A stretch of DNA of 64,000 nt from the IMG/VR virus record IMGVR_UViG_3300029288_007064; one strand, written 5' to 3'. Every line of letters starts with the position of its first letter. Positions within the stretch are counted from its first letter, which is position 1. Positions 55,607 to 64,000 of the stretch are shown here, in pieces. The position numbers and the translations under genes are program-made. The notes under the pieces were generated by a model. That model was given only the letters and a program-made list of their open reading frames with translations. It made no database searches and had not been told where the DNA came from. This stretch comes from a virus. Taxonomy: Duplodnaviria > Heunggongvirae > Uroviricota > Caudoviricetes.

Positions 55607-58600
55607 TCAATCTTTCTTTCTTCTTCTAGCAAACCACAAATAACCTATTATTATTATTGCGCCGAAGCCAAATACCGGACAACACAATTGCTTTTCTTCC
55701 ATGCCCGTCAATATTTTTTCCACGGTTATTGCTACTGTGTTTCCAAAACTTGTAATTCCATCTATGCTCGCTATCGGAAGTGCGGGTAATTCTATTTCTA
55801 TCGATTCTTCTTCTGACACTTCCTCGGTTTCATTCGCACCTACTCCATCTTCTTCACCTATACCTGCTCCTCCACCACCTCCTTCGCCCATATCTATTCC
55901 TTCCACGGTTATAATATATGTTAAAGAAGAAACCGTTACAGAAGCATTATCAATTATTTCAAAGTGATACGGATAAACACCCGCCACAAATGCATGATTA
56001 TATGTGCAATTATTAGCGGTATCAACACAACTATCGGGATTAAATGTATGTCCTTCTAATGTAATAAGGAGAGGCATATCTATTCCATACGGGTTATAAT
56101 ACTCTGCCTCAAATGGTACAGGTATTCCATCACCCCAAGTTGAAGTGTGTGGAGTAGCATTTATTAATTGCGGGAAATAATAAAATGTATAATTTCCAAC
56201 ACTTAAATTTGTTCCGGTTGTAGAACAATTCATACTAACTATAGTTGGACCTAATGTTGTTCCGTTTATCGTATAAATATGTGTTCCGTTAGTGGTATAT
56301 ATAACAGTGTTATTTAAGATACCATCTACATAATAACTACACAAATATGTGCTATTGCTTCCATTTACATAGAAAGTTACATTTGTAGAATTGTTAAAGT
56401 AATATGAATTATTGAGTGGTCCAACATATGAGAAATTTATATACAAGAAGTTAGATACCGAATCGCTTCCTATGTTGTTTGCCGTATCATTAGCCCAAAT
56501 TGTTATATTGTTTGGTCCTTCTGCTAATATAGCCGTAAAGTTATTACATAAAGGTATCGTGGTATTTGTACCGCCGTTTAATGAATACCAACAATAATCT
56601 ACTCCTAATGCGCTAAATGCAGTATAATTTATTGACGTCGTTGTTCCGTTATAAATATAATCTTCTATTGGTATAATTATTGTTACCACTATGGGAGTTC
56701 CATTAATCTCCATAAGCCATGCAGAAGAATTTATACAATATGCTCCATCACAACTCTCTATTACAAATGAATAATTTCCAGATGCTAAAGATGGACTAGC
56801 AGTAATGTTGTTTAAAGTGTTATTAAGAGACGTTGTATTTATTCCATAACTTGTTCCGTTAATAAACAATTCTCCGGTTGAAACACTATTCACCGTATTT
56901 GTAATATTATATTCCACGGTTGGAGTACTATCATTTAAACTAGTGTTATTCGCTTGCGAATCTATACTAGTTATGTTAATAGTTGGAATAACATAACCAA
57001 TCGTAAGGTTAGTAGAATTTCCTGTTCCTGAAGTTCCTACAATATTTGAAGTGTAAGCAGAGCACGAATAATTTGTCCAAAAATGTAGTCCTTCTGAATA
57101 CAAAACGGTATCGTTTATTGTCCATCCACTATGTTGATTAAGATATGTTGCATTATACGCATCTATTATTGTTCCGTTCTCATAATAGAAGAATGTTACG
57201 TTTATTCCCGCTCCTATTGCATCGTAAATTGTTGCATTACAAGTAAGATTAGTTGGAGCATATATTGGTGTTCTATCTGCGGAAATACTTACATTCGGAG
57301 TGTTCGGAATACCCGCATACGTTTCTTGCCATTGTAATGAAACATTCGTGCTTATTACATCAGTACAATTCACAGTAAAGTTATATGTTACTCCATATGG
57401 AAGAGTTTGATTAATTGTAATGTTTGTAGAAGTATAATTCGTGGTGCTATTCCATCCACTAGCAACTCCATTTACATAAACCGTACAATTAAGTGTCGTA
57501 TTATCTGCATCATGAAAAATAAATTCTACGTTTGGTGTTTGGTCTGTAATTGTAGAAGCATTAAGTTGACTATCTATATGTGTTATGTTTATTCCACTTG
57601 GACCATAGTTATTATTATTCGTGAGTGGCAAATAATCAATTTCTCCAACGCTTACAATATAAGTTGCTGTATTTCCAATGCCATCTCCATTCGTATCCCA
57701 TCCATTGTAATTACTCCAATAATTACCACCTATGTTTGAACCTCCAATGATATTAGTTATAAGAACGTTGGTAGTATTCCAAAAATTATTTATTCCTACA
57801 TTATTTGCTACTCCTTGTATTCCGTATGCTGTGAAATTATTGTTATAGAAATAACAATTATCATTATTAGATACTAATTGGTAATCTACATTATTATAAA
57901 TCGTATTATTAGCATAAACAATATCATTCGCTCCTGCCATAAGTCCTGCTAGAGTATTATTATATGCGGTATTATTGAATATGGTACTAGTTGTTCCTCT
58001 AACGGAAAGACCATAGTTAGCGTTATTGAATATCACGTTTAAGGAAACGTTTGCTGATGATTCAATATCTATTCCAGTTGTTGAACCATATGCGGTATTA
58101 TTAGTCACATTATTAAAACTTCCTTGTACATAAATTCCTGTTCCCGTGCTATATACTAGATTGTTTTCTATTTTAATAAAATCTGAATCGGTAGCAGTCG
58201 TTATTCCGTATGTAGTATCTCCAAATGCAACATTGTTAGTCACATTGTTTAAAGTGCTATTCCACACATAAATACCATAAGTGTTGCTTGATAGAGTATT
58301 ATTATTAATAGTATTATAATCGCTTTCTTTAATTCTAATTCCATTTGTAAAATCTGTTATATGACATTCTTGAATAGTGTTGTTTTCTACCAAATAAGAA
58401 TAAATACCATATGTAGCTGCTGCATCATTTCCATCTATCCAATAACTATTACAATCAATAGTTATTCCACTAGCGTTCATAGTAAGGCAAGTTATTCCGC
58501 TTCCATCAAGATTAGATAAAAGATTTGCATTAGAATTAACATATCCACAACCATAATAGTTAAAAGTTCTATTAGAACCATTGTAATATGTTCCAGAAAA

Positions 58601-61600
58601 GTTCATATAACATATTGCATCGTAGGAGTTGTTGAATACGTGTTCTGAATATGGTAATGAATATGAACATGTAAGGTTATTTGTACCCATTATACAAGAT
58701 TTGTTTGCGCCATCTATTTCTATGTATGAATCATCAGTAATAGGGACATCAGAAGAGCAATTGAATTTTATTCCATAAGTAAAATTATTTACGCTATCGG
58801 TAGGAGTAGGGTTTTCCCAACCTATAGTTGGGGTTGTAGTGTTCTCTACCCATTCTTCACTTGCTAATAATATTAATCCATCAGAGCATTTGATAACAAA
58901 ATGATATTCTGTTCCATACAATAATGTAAAGTCTGGTGTGATGTTTGTTAATGTGTTATTCGCTACCGTGCTATTTGTTCCGTGTGTAGCTCCATCTACC
59001 CATAATGTACATTCTAATGTAGTGTTATCTGGGTCTTGAACATAAAATTCTACGTTAGGTGTTGTATCTGTTATTATTGAACCATTAAGTTCTCCATCTA
59101 TTTGTGTTATATTAACTAACGTAGGACCATATCTACTTATGTTCATCGTTAATGAAGAACTATTCACCGTAAAAGTTCCATCGTTACAAGATACGATAAA
59201 CACATAACTTCCGTTAGCTAAAGAAGGAGATGTAGTTATTAAAGTATTTGTGTTATTTAAAGTAGATGTATTTTGACCATAATTTGTACCGTTTATTAAC
59301 ACCGTGCAATTAGTTGTTGCACTATCATTATCCGTTACATTATAGCTTACATTTAATAATCCGGTTAGTGAATAAAATGAAGAATTTACGGAATAACCAT
59401 TTACATTAATCAAATTAACAACATTTGGAGCATATCCACTTTCTATTTCATAATATTTATTAGATGACGTAGGTGCTTCTATTCTAACATAATAAGTTGC
59501 TCCTGAAGCAAGAACACAGGCTCCATGTAATCCTCCATCTGCTAGAGTATAAGTAAGTGTAGGTATTTCACCGATGCAATCTGCATTACCGTTTGTATAT
59601 CCTAATCCCGTTACATTGTATCTTATGAAATACAACGAGTCGGTTGCTAGTTGTTGTTCATAAACAAGAATTGGAATATCATAAGTTTTTGCACTAACTA
59701 TGGTTATATTATATCCTTCTTTTGTTGTAGTAATATGATAAGCATTAGAAGCAGTTATAGTTGTTATTCCCGTGTCTATCGCCGTTGAATAACTTCTATT
59801 AATAGTTAAATTAAAGTCCCAATTAACTGTTTGGTTATTACCTGTTACTCCACTTCTTCCATATTCAGACCATGATACGGGAGCACCATTTGAAGTATCA
59901 TTATACCAAGAATGAACTCCTGTTTCGGTATTTGCTCTATTCCACACATTCATTCCGGTTGTATTTGCTCTATCTTTTGGATAAATCCAAATGTAATAAT
60001 GACCAGAAGGTTGGTAATCTATAGTAGCATTAAATGTTTTTGTTACCGTTCCACCAGCCCAAGAAACAGCACCTACGTCCGTACATTCGTCAACTTCTTG
60101 TTTGGTTGCATCGGTCCAATTAAGGACTATGTATTGATTGTGACCAGAGCCACAATTCTCAAATCCGGTAACTTGGAAAAACGCAGACACAGTTATTGCA
60201 TTTATTGTTTCCCCATTATCAAACCAATAATACTTTCCATTTACAAATGGAACTGTTCTAGTTGGGTCGAAATGCACTATTCCATTTGAATAAACTCTAT
60301 ACCAATTTGTAGCGTTTGCTTTAACCATTGAAGAAAGTTGTGTTCCATAGTCTGCTACTCTTACTTCTCTTTGTGATTGAAAATCTGGTTGTGCGTATCT
60401 AAATGCATTTCCTTCTGTTCCATATAATACTGCAAATCCTGCATAATCATACGCAAGTTTATCATAATCATCTACATCACCGAACGCCATACACCATACG
60501 GGTTTATTAATACTATTCAAATAATTCGCATTTGCTTCCATTAACGTCATATTTTCATAATAATAAATAGGAGCACTTGCATTCACCCCATCCCATCTTG
60601 AAATGCAACTTTCTCTCATTACATAATCTCCATAGTGAGATACGTTTTGATATACGGTATACGTATTCGCAGCGAGTTTTAAATTTAAACTATGACCATA
60701 ATCCATTAGTCTCTTTATTCTAGCTTCAAAACAAGCAGAATAATAGTACGCACCTATATCAAATCCATCTATAAATACTCCTCCTATGGAATAATTAACT
60801 TTCCAATCAAGTATTTCTATTTTCTTAGCGGTTTCCCAAGCATTTATTGCAGAACAATTACTTTCCGAAGAATTATCATAATTCGCAACTGACATGTATC
60901 CAAATGTTTTATTTAGATTGGTTGCACCAATTGATGCAGTCACAATTGCAGGAGTATTGCTTCCCTTTGCTATTACAATGTAATCATAATCTGTGAAGTT
61001 TACTACTTTTGTATATGGTAAAAGTTCATAAGTATGGAATAAGTTAGATTTAATATAAGAACCATCCCACGCTTCACCTCTAATATCCGTAGTCTCTTTT
61101 GATTGATAAGAACCATCTGCCGTTCCACCGGAAAAGTAATCTTGTTCGTATTCAGTTGTAGCAACATTCTTTCTAAGAGTAGAAAGAGAATCACTATACA
61201 TTTCTATTCTAGTGAAGTTATCTATAAATAACATAGTAGCATTATAACCTTGAACTTCAACATCTATATTACCTGCGTTTGTTATATTAGCATAAAGAGC
61301 ATATGTCTGTTTATCCCATCCATCGTTTGGATATTTGGATGTTAAATCTACGCTAACATTTGTTGTTGTTGAACCATTATTATATATTATGACATCTCCA
61401 TTACTTATTTCACCTACATTTGCATCATCCGCGAATGCTACTCCGGTTGGAATTCCTCTCAAATTTAATATTATTTTATTGTAATAACTTGATGAAGTAG
61501 ATTTAAATGCAGAATTTTCTCCAGAATAAATTCTGGTTATAGAAGATGAATTCCTTATAAATCCTTTTTCTGTTTCTATGTATGTCGTTAAATTTCCATC

Positions 61601-63382
61601 ATCCGTTATTTTATTAAATGAATAATTACTTACAAAATCTGTATCTAGACTTGCATTTTTATATTCTGAATATATGTTAAACCTATTTGCTGTTGCATTC
61701 ATGATACATTCAGATATTTTATTAACGAATAGAGTCTGATTTCCCTCTGTAGCACTTGTGTTTATTTCAATGACTACAAAAGCAATTCCATCTGAATACG
61801 GATATGATTTTAAATCTGTGAAGTTTGCATTTATTTTTTCGCATTCTGTATTATAAACACTCCAATTAGCACTAGTGAAATAAATAGTAAAGAATGTCGG
61901 TATATTGTGTTCTATATAAGAATAATTTATTCTATTTTTAACCAATGTCCAATTTGTATCAAAATCTGAGTAATTCAAATGTAATCCAACAAGAGTATAA
62001 CCATATGTAGTTAATGACGTGTTTATTGTGCTTTCTGCAGGTATTGTTTCGCTATCCCATCCAAAGAACCCATCTGAAAGAGAAGGTGTCTGTGGTCTAT
62101 ATAAATCCCATGTTGAACTTGTTGCATTTATAGTTTGGTTATTTGTCGTGTTTTCATCTCCAATAATAAAGGCATACCAACTATGTGCTCCCAAACTTAT
62201 GCTTTGTGCTGTTGTGCTAGTTGTTCCGTTAATAGTTAATAGAGAAGAATTTACGGTATTCACTCCATCTAGATAAAATAGAACAGTTGCATTTGTACAG
62301 CCTACATTAAGAGTAGCATTTGCGGTTAAGGTTTGGCTACTTGCTGTGCTGGAAGTTTCGTCTGTGGGAGAGGATAGGGAAACCGCGACCGTGCAGTTGC
62401 TTGCTCCTGATGGCTGTGTTTCTTCCGCTCCCCAACTCCCGAAGGTTGGCGCTGTGGTTTGTTCTCTTACTGTGCAGTTATCCCAAGCGCAATAGTTTGT
62501 AGTGCTTCCGGCACAGGTTAACCCGACAACAGGGGAAGAACTTGCCAACGGAGTGGTAGCGGAAGAATATGCACCTAAAGAAGTTGTCGTGGTAATCCCA
62601 ACCGAAGAGATATTAACGATTGTATCATACCACACATTTGCCGTATATGTTCCCAAATCAGAAGTGGTGTATGTCGCATTGATTAGGTTTCCTGTTCTTC
62701 CATCTAACAACCATTCCCCTTCCATTCTTTCATAGGGGAACGTGGTTGAGTGCGTTTTATTTGCAACTCCAAATCCGTTCCAATTCCCGCCAGGGTTTGC
62801 TTTCATCAAACATTCAAAAATTATATTTGTTTTAGGTATCGGTTGGTTGCTAAATGCCCACCCTCCATCTACTCCGGCTTTCCCCTGACAATCCCATTCA
62901 TCACTTCCTAAAGAGCATACGGTGGGGGTTGAACCATAACCCACTCCAGTTCTATTTACCCACGTTGCGTTGAAGTCATCCCAATAAAAGAACACCTTGC
63001 TCCCGTTTGAGTTGTCTAAAACTCCCGTTGCATTGTAGTAAATGCAGAGTTGGGCATTTGTTCTATCCGTTCCTTGAATCGCAGTCGTATTAACCCAAAT
63101 GCTCCCGCTTGCATTTGCAGAAGTCCATAGGTAAGTAGTTCCTATGTTCGTAAATCCTGCCCGCCAAAATGAGAGTTCGGTTGTTGAGTTCTCCCACACA
63201 ACCCTAATATCGTTTCCGTTGGTTTTGCTTTCATTCAAATCCACGAGAGGAAGAAGGGTTTGGTTTGAGGTTATGTTTGAAATAATGCATGACCTAAACG
63301 CATAAGAACTGTTCGCCCACGTTGCAAAACTCACGCTGGAGAGGATAAGAAGAAAAACCAAGAGGGGAAGTAGAGGGCGCAT
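55607..63382 (-). CDS. giant (2591 aa) secreted surface protein: right-handed parallel beta-helix repeats, extremely N-glycosylation-sequon-rich, Gly/Glu-rich linker, C-terminal PGF-CTERM-like TM anchor
   Basis: Signal peptide MRPLLPLLVFLLILSSVSFATWA. Dozens of NxS/T sequons. PbH1-type repeats (NNTLSSNTYGIYVWNSTLNNVTNNVAFGDTTYGITT...). C-terminus PVFGFGAIIIIGYLWFARRRKKD. Confidence 0.85.
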   Translation of the reverse strand: MRPLLPLLVFLLILSSVSFATWANSSYAFRSCIISNITSNQTLLPLVDLNESKTNGNDIRVVWENSTTELSFWRAGFTNIGTTYLWTSANASGSIWVNTTAIQGTDRTNAQLCIYYNATGVLDNSNGSKVFFYWDDFNATWVNRTGVGYGSTPTVCSLGSDEWDCQGKAGVDGGWAFSNQPIPKTNIIFECLMKANPGGNWNGFGVANKTHSTTFPYERMEGEWLLDGRTGNLINATYTTSDLGTYTANVWYDTIVNISSVGITTTTSLGAYSSATTPLASSSPVVGLTCAGSTTNYCAWDNCTVREQTTAPTFGSWGAEETQPSGASNCTVAVSLSSPTDETSSTASSQTLTANATLNVGCTNATVLFYLDGVNTVNSSLLTINGTTSTTAQSISLGAHSWYAFIIGDENTTNNQTINATSSTWDLYRPQTPSLSDGFFGWDSETIPAESTINTSLTTYGYTLVGLHLNYSDFDTNWTLVKNRINYSYIEHNIPTFFTIYFTSANWSVYNTECEKINANFTDLKSYPYSDGIAFVVIEINTSATEGNQTLFVNKISECIMNATANRFNIYSEYKNASLDTDFVSNYSFNKITDDGNLTTYIETEKGFIRNSSSITRIYSGENSAFKSTSSSYYNKIILNLRGIPTGVAFADDANVGEISNGDVIIYNNGSTTTNVSVDLTSKYPNDGWDKQTYALYANITNAGNIDVEVQGYNATMLFIDNFTRIEMYSDSLSTLRKNVATTEYEQDYFSGGTADGSYQSKETTDIRGEAWDGSYIKSNLFHTYELLPYTKVVNFTDYDYIVIAKGSNTPAIVTASIGATNLNKTFGYMSVANYDNSSESNCSAINAWETAKKIEILDWKVNYSIGGVFIDGFDIGAYYYSACFEARIKRLMDYGHSLNLKLAANTYTVYQNVSHYGDYVMRESCISRWDGVNASAPIYYYENMTLMEANANYLNSINKPVWCMAFGDVDDYDKLAYDYAGFAVLYGTEGNAFRYAQPDFQSQREVRVADYGTQLSSMVKANATNWYRVYSNGIVHFDPTRTVPFVNGKYYWFDNGETINAITVSAFFQVTGFENCGSGHNQYIVLNWTDATKQEVDECTDVGAVSWAGGTVTKTFNATIDYQPSGHYYIWIYPKDRANTTGMNVWNRANTETGVHSWYNDTSNGAPVSWSEYGRSGVTGNNQTVNWDFNLTINRSYSTAIDTGITTITASNAYHITTTKEGYNITIVSAKTYDIPILVYEQQLATDSLYFIRYNVTGLGYTNGNADCIGEIPTLTYTLADGGLHGACVLASGATYYVRIEAPTSSNKYYEIESGYAPNVVNLINVNGYSVNSSFYSLTGLLNVSYNVTDNDSATTNCTVLINGTNYGQNTSTLNNTNTLITTSPSLANGSYVFIVSCNDGTFTVNSSSLTMNISRYGPTLVNITQIDGELNGSIITDTTPNVEFYVQDPDNTTLECTLWVDGATHGTNSTVANNTLTNITPDFTLLYGTEYHFVIKCSDGLILLASEEWVENTTTPTIGWENPTPTDSVNNFTYGIKFNCSSDVPITDDSYIEIDGANKSCIMGTNNLTCSYSLPYSEHVFNNSYDAICYMNFSGTYYNGSNRTFNYYGCGYVNSNANLLSNLDGSGITCLTMNASGITIDCNSYWIDGNDAAATYGIYSYLVENNTIQECHITDFTNGIRIKESDYNTINNNTLSSNTYGIYVWNSTLNNVTNNVAFGDTTYGITTATDSDFIKIENNLVYSTGTGIYVQGSFNNVTNNTAYGSTTGIDIESSANVSLNVIFNNANYGLSVRGTTSTIFNNTAYNNTLAGLMAGANDIVYANNTIYNNVDYQLVSNNDNCYFYNNNFTAYGIQGVANNVGINNFWNTTNVLITNIIGGSNIGGNYWSNYNGWDTNGDGIGNTATYIVSVGEIDYLPLTNNNNYGPSGINITHIDSQLNASTITDQTPNVEFIFHDADNTTLNCTVYVNGVASGWNSTTNYTSTNITINQTLPYGVTYNFTVNCTDVISTNVSLQWQETYAGIPNTPNVSISADRTPIYAPTNLTCNATIYDAIGAGINVTFFYYENGTIIDAYNATYLNQHSGWTINDTVLYSEGLHFWTNYSCSAYTSNIVGTSGTGNSTNLTIGYVIPTINITSIDSQANNTSLNDSTPTVEYNITNTVNSVSTGELFINGTSYGINTTSLNNTLNNITASPSLASGNYSFVIESCDGAYCINSSAWLMEINGTPIVVTIIIPIEDYIYNGTTTSINYTAFSALGVDYCWYSLNGGTNTTIPLCNNFTAILAEGPNNITIWANDTANNIGSDSVSNFLYINFSYVGPLNNSYYFNNSTNVTFYVNGSNSTYLCSYYVDGILNNTVIYTTNGTHIYTINGTTLGPTIVSMNCSTTGTNLSVGNYTFYYFPQLINATPHTSTWGDGIPVPFEAEYYNPYGIDMPLLITLEGHTFNPDSCVDTANNCTYNHAFVAGVYPYHFEIIDNASVTVSSLTYIITVEGIDMGEGGGGGAGIGEEDGVGANETEEVSEEESIEIELPALPIASIDGITSFGNTVAITVEKILTGMEEKQLCCPVFGFGAIIIIGYLWFARRRKKD

Positions 63383-63504
63383 TTACATCAATCCTCCGTT
63401 TGCATACGTTATTCCAGCACAAAGAACAATCAAACCTATTAGTATTAGTAATGCTCTTGTCATAGAAAATCCTCTTTTATTTTCTTCACCATTTTCCATA
63501 AACA

Positions 63505-64000
63505 TCACTTTAATTTTATTGCGTAACCATCTTCTAGCAAATGACAGAAATATCCCATTCCTATTCCTGCAAATATCAACATTCCCATCTCCATGCTACA
63601 TCCAAGTAATGTAACTGCTGATAAAGAAATAACTATTGCAACGATGCACCCACAAGTATGTGAATGAACAAATCCTCTGTGTCTTGGTCTAAAGAACGAT
63701 TGGCACACAAGAGAGGGAACCGCGATAACTATGAATATTATTGCTTGTTGCACTAAGTCCTGACCAACTGTATAAGCAACTGCAGCAGCCAAAACTATTG
63801 TTGCTCCCTTCAGATACTGGCTCATCTTGCTATGCTCGGCATCCATATCTGGAATAAGAGCAGCGAAGACCGCTAAGGCAATGAACATCGCTGCATATTC
63901 GTAAGTTTGTGGAGTATCCTCGATTATACCGAAATGAAGCAATCCCCACACTAAGACAACCGCAAGGATTAACGTCGATACCTGATGTCCTATCCAGTTC
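63505..64000 (-). CDS. polytopic membrane protein (DUF457-like membrane-bound hydrolase candidate), 5' end beyond window
   Basis: ORF open to the window end; the listed start is GTG but the frame continues upstream (…NWIGHQVSTLILAVVLVWGLLHF…). About 5 TM helices with His/Cys-rich loops. Confidence 0.4.
   Translation of the reverse strand, partial: NWIGHQVSTLILAVVLVWGLLHFGIIEDTPQTYEYAAMFIALAVFAALIPDMDAEHSKMSQYLKGATIVLAAAVAYTVGQDLVQQAIIFIVIAVPSLVCQSFFRPRHRGFVHSHTCGCIVAIVISLSAVTLLGCSMEMGMLIFAGIGMGYFCHLLEDGYAIKLK

Noticed and set aside
55701-62735. Numerous 60-125-aa plus-strand ORFs inside the giant gene
   Set aside because: All are embedded antisense within a single uninterrupted 7.8-kb minus-strand ORF with strong compositional periodicity. 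Shadow ORFs.
1-64000. Integrase / attachment site / provirus boundary, and capsid/terminase/portal genes
   Set aside because: No tyrosine or serine recombinase motifs, tRNA genes, or recognisable capsid, terminase or portal genes were seen anywhere in the window. Virus versus host-island status therefore cannot be settled from this window alone.

Overview
AT-rich 64 kb window (roughly one-third G+C by eye, not computed) packed with about 95 short, tightly spaced ORFs. Almost all are on the minus strand, often with 4-nt ATGA or TAATG stop/start overlaps. The only plus-strand block is at 45.58-47.35 kb. I found no rRNA, tRNA or CRISPR array, and no recognisable capsid, terminase, portal or integrase gene.

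Most of the gene content is archaeal in type: Thg1-like enzyme, histone-fold protein, PGF-CTERM-like anchor, RFC small subunit, PCNA-like clamp, AEP primase, short XPF/Hef nuclease, family-B DNA polymerase, and recurrent TTTATAAA TATA-box-like promoters 29-36 bp upstream of start codons. Several features are virus-like: dozens of 60-110 aa zinc-ribbon mini-proteins, two orphan DNA methyltransferases, a naturally split SNF2 ATPase, and a self-contained replisome cluster next to origin-like repeat arrays. My working interpretation, which is inference, is a fragment of a large dsDNA virus, provirus or virus-like mobile element of an AT-rich (likely euryarchaeal) archaeon.

Modules, in order:
(i) A sugar-nucleotide and glycosylation module: UXS-like enzyme, Ugd, epimerase, four GT4 glycosyltransferases, a B12-radical-SAM enzyme, three class I SAM methyltransferases and a hexapeptide acetyltransferase (0-3.6, 7.9-9 and 17-33 kb).
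(ii) A Pol-beta nucleotidyltransferase + Thg1-like + Zn-ribbon operon (3.6-5.2 kb).
(iii) An array of Zn-ribbon mini-proteins (5.5-16 kb) including an archaeal-histone-like protein.
(iv) A split SNF2 ATPase (21.9-23.7 kb).
(v) An SPFH/flotillin-like protein (26.7-28.1 kb).
(vi) A replication module (33.7-45 kb): XPF nuclease, PolB, two DNA MTases, RFC, PCNA-like clamp, AEP primase, RecA-like ATPase and a putative SSB.
(vii) Two repeat-rich non-coding regions (45.0-45.6 and 47.35-47.86 kb) bracketing a plus-strand gene for a candidate Orc1/Cdc6-like initiator.
(viii) A family of small paralogous proteins (49.7-51.8 kb).
(ix) A surface or envelope module (52.4-64 kb) ending in a 2591-aa N-sequon-rich parallel beta-helix protein with a PGF-CTERM-like anchor.
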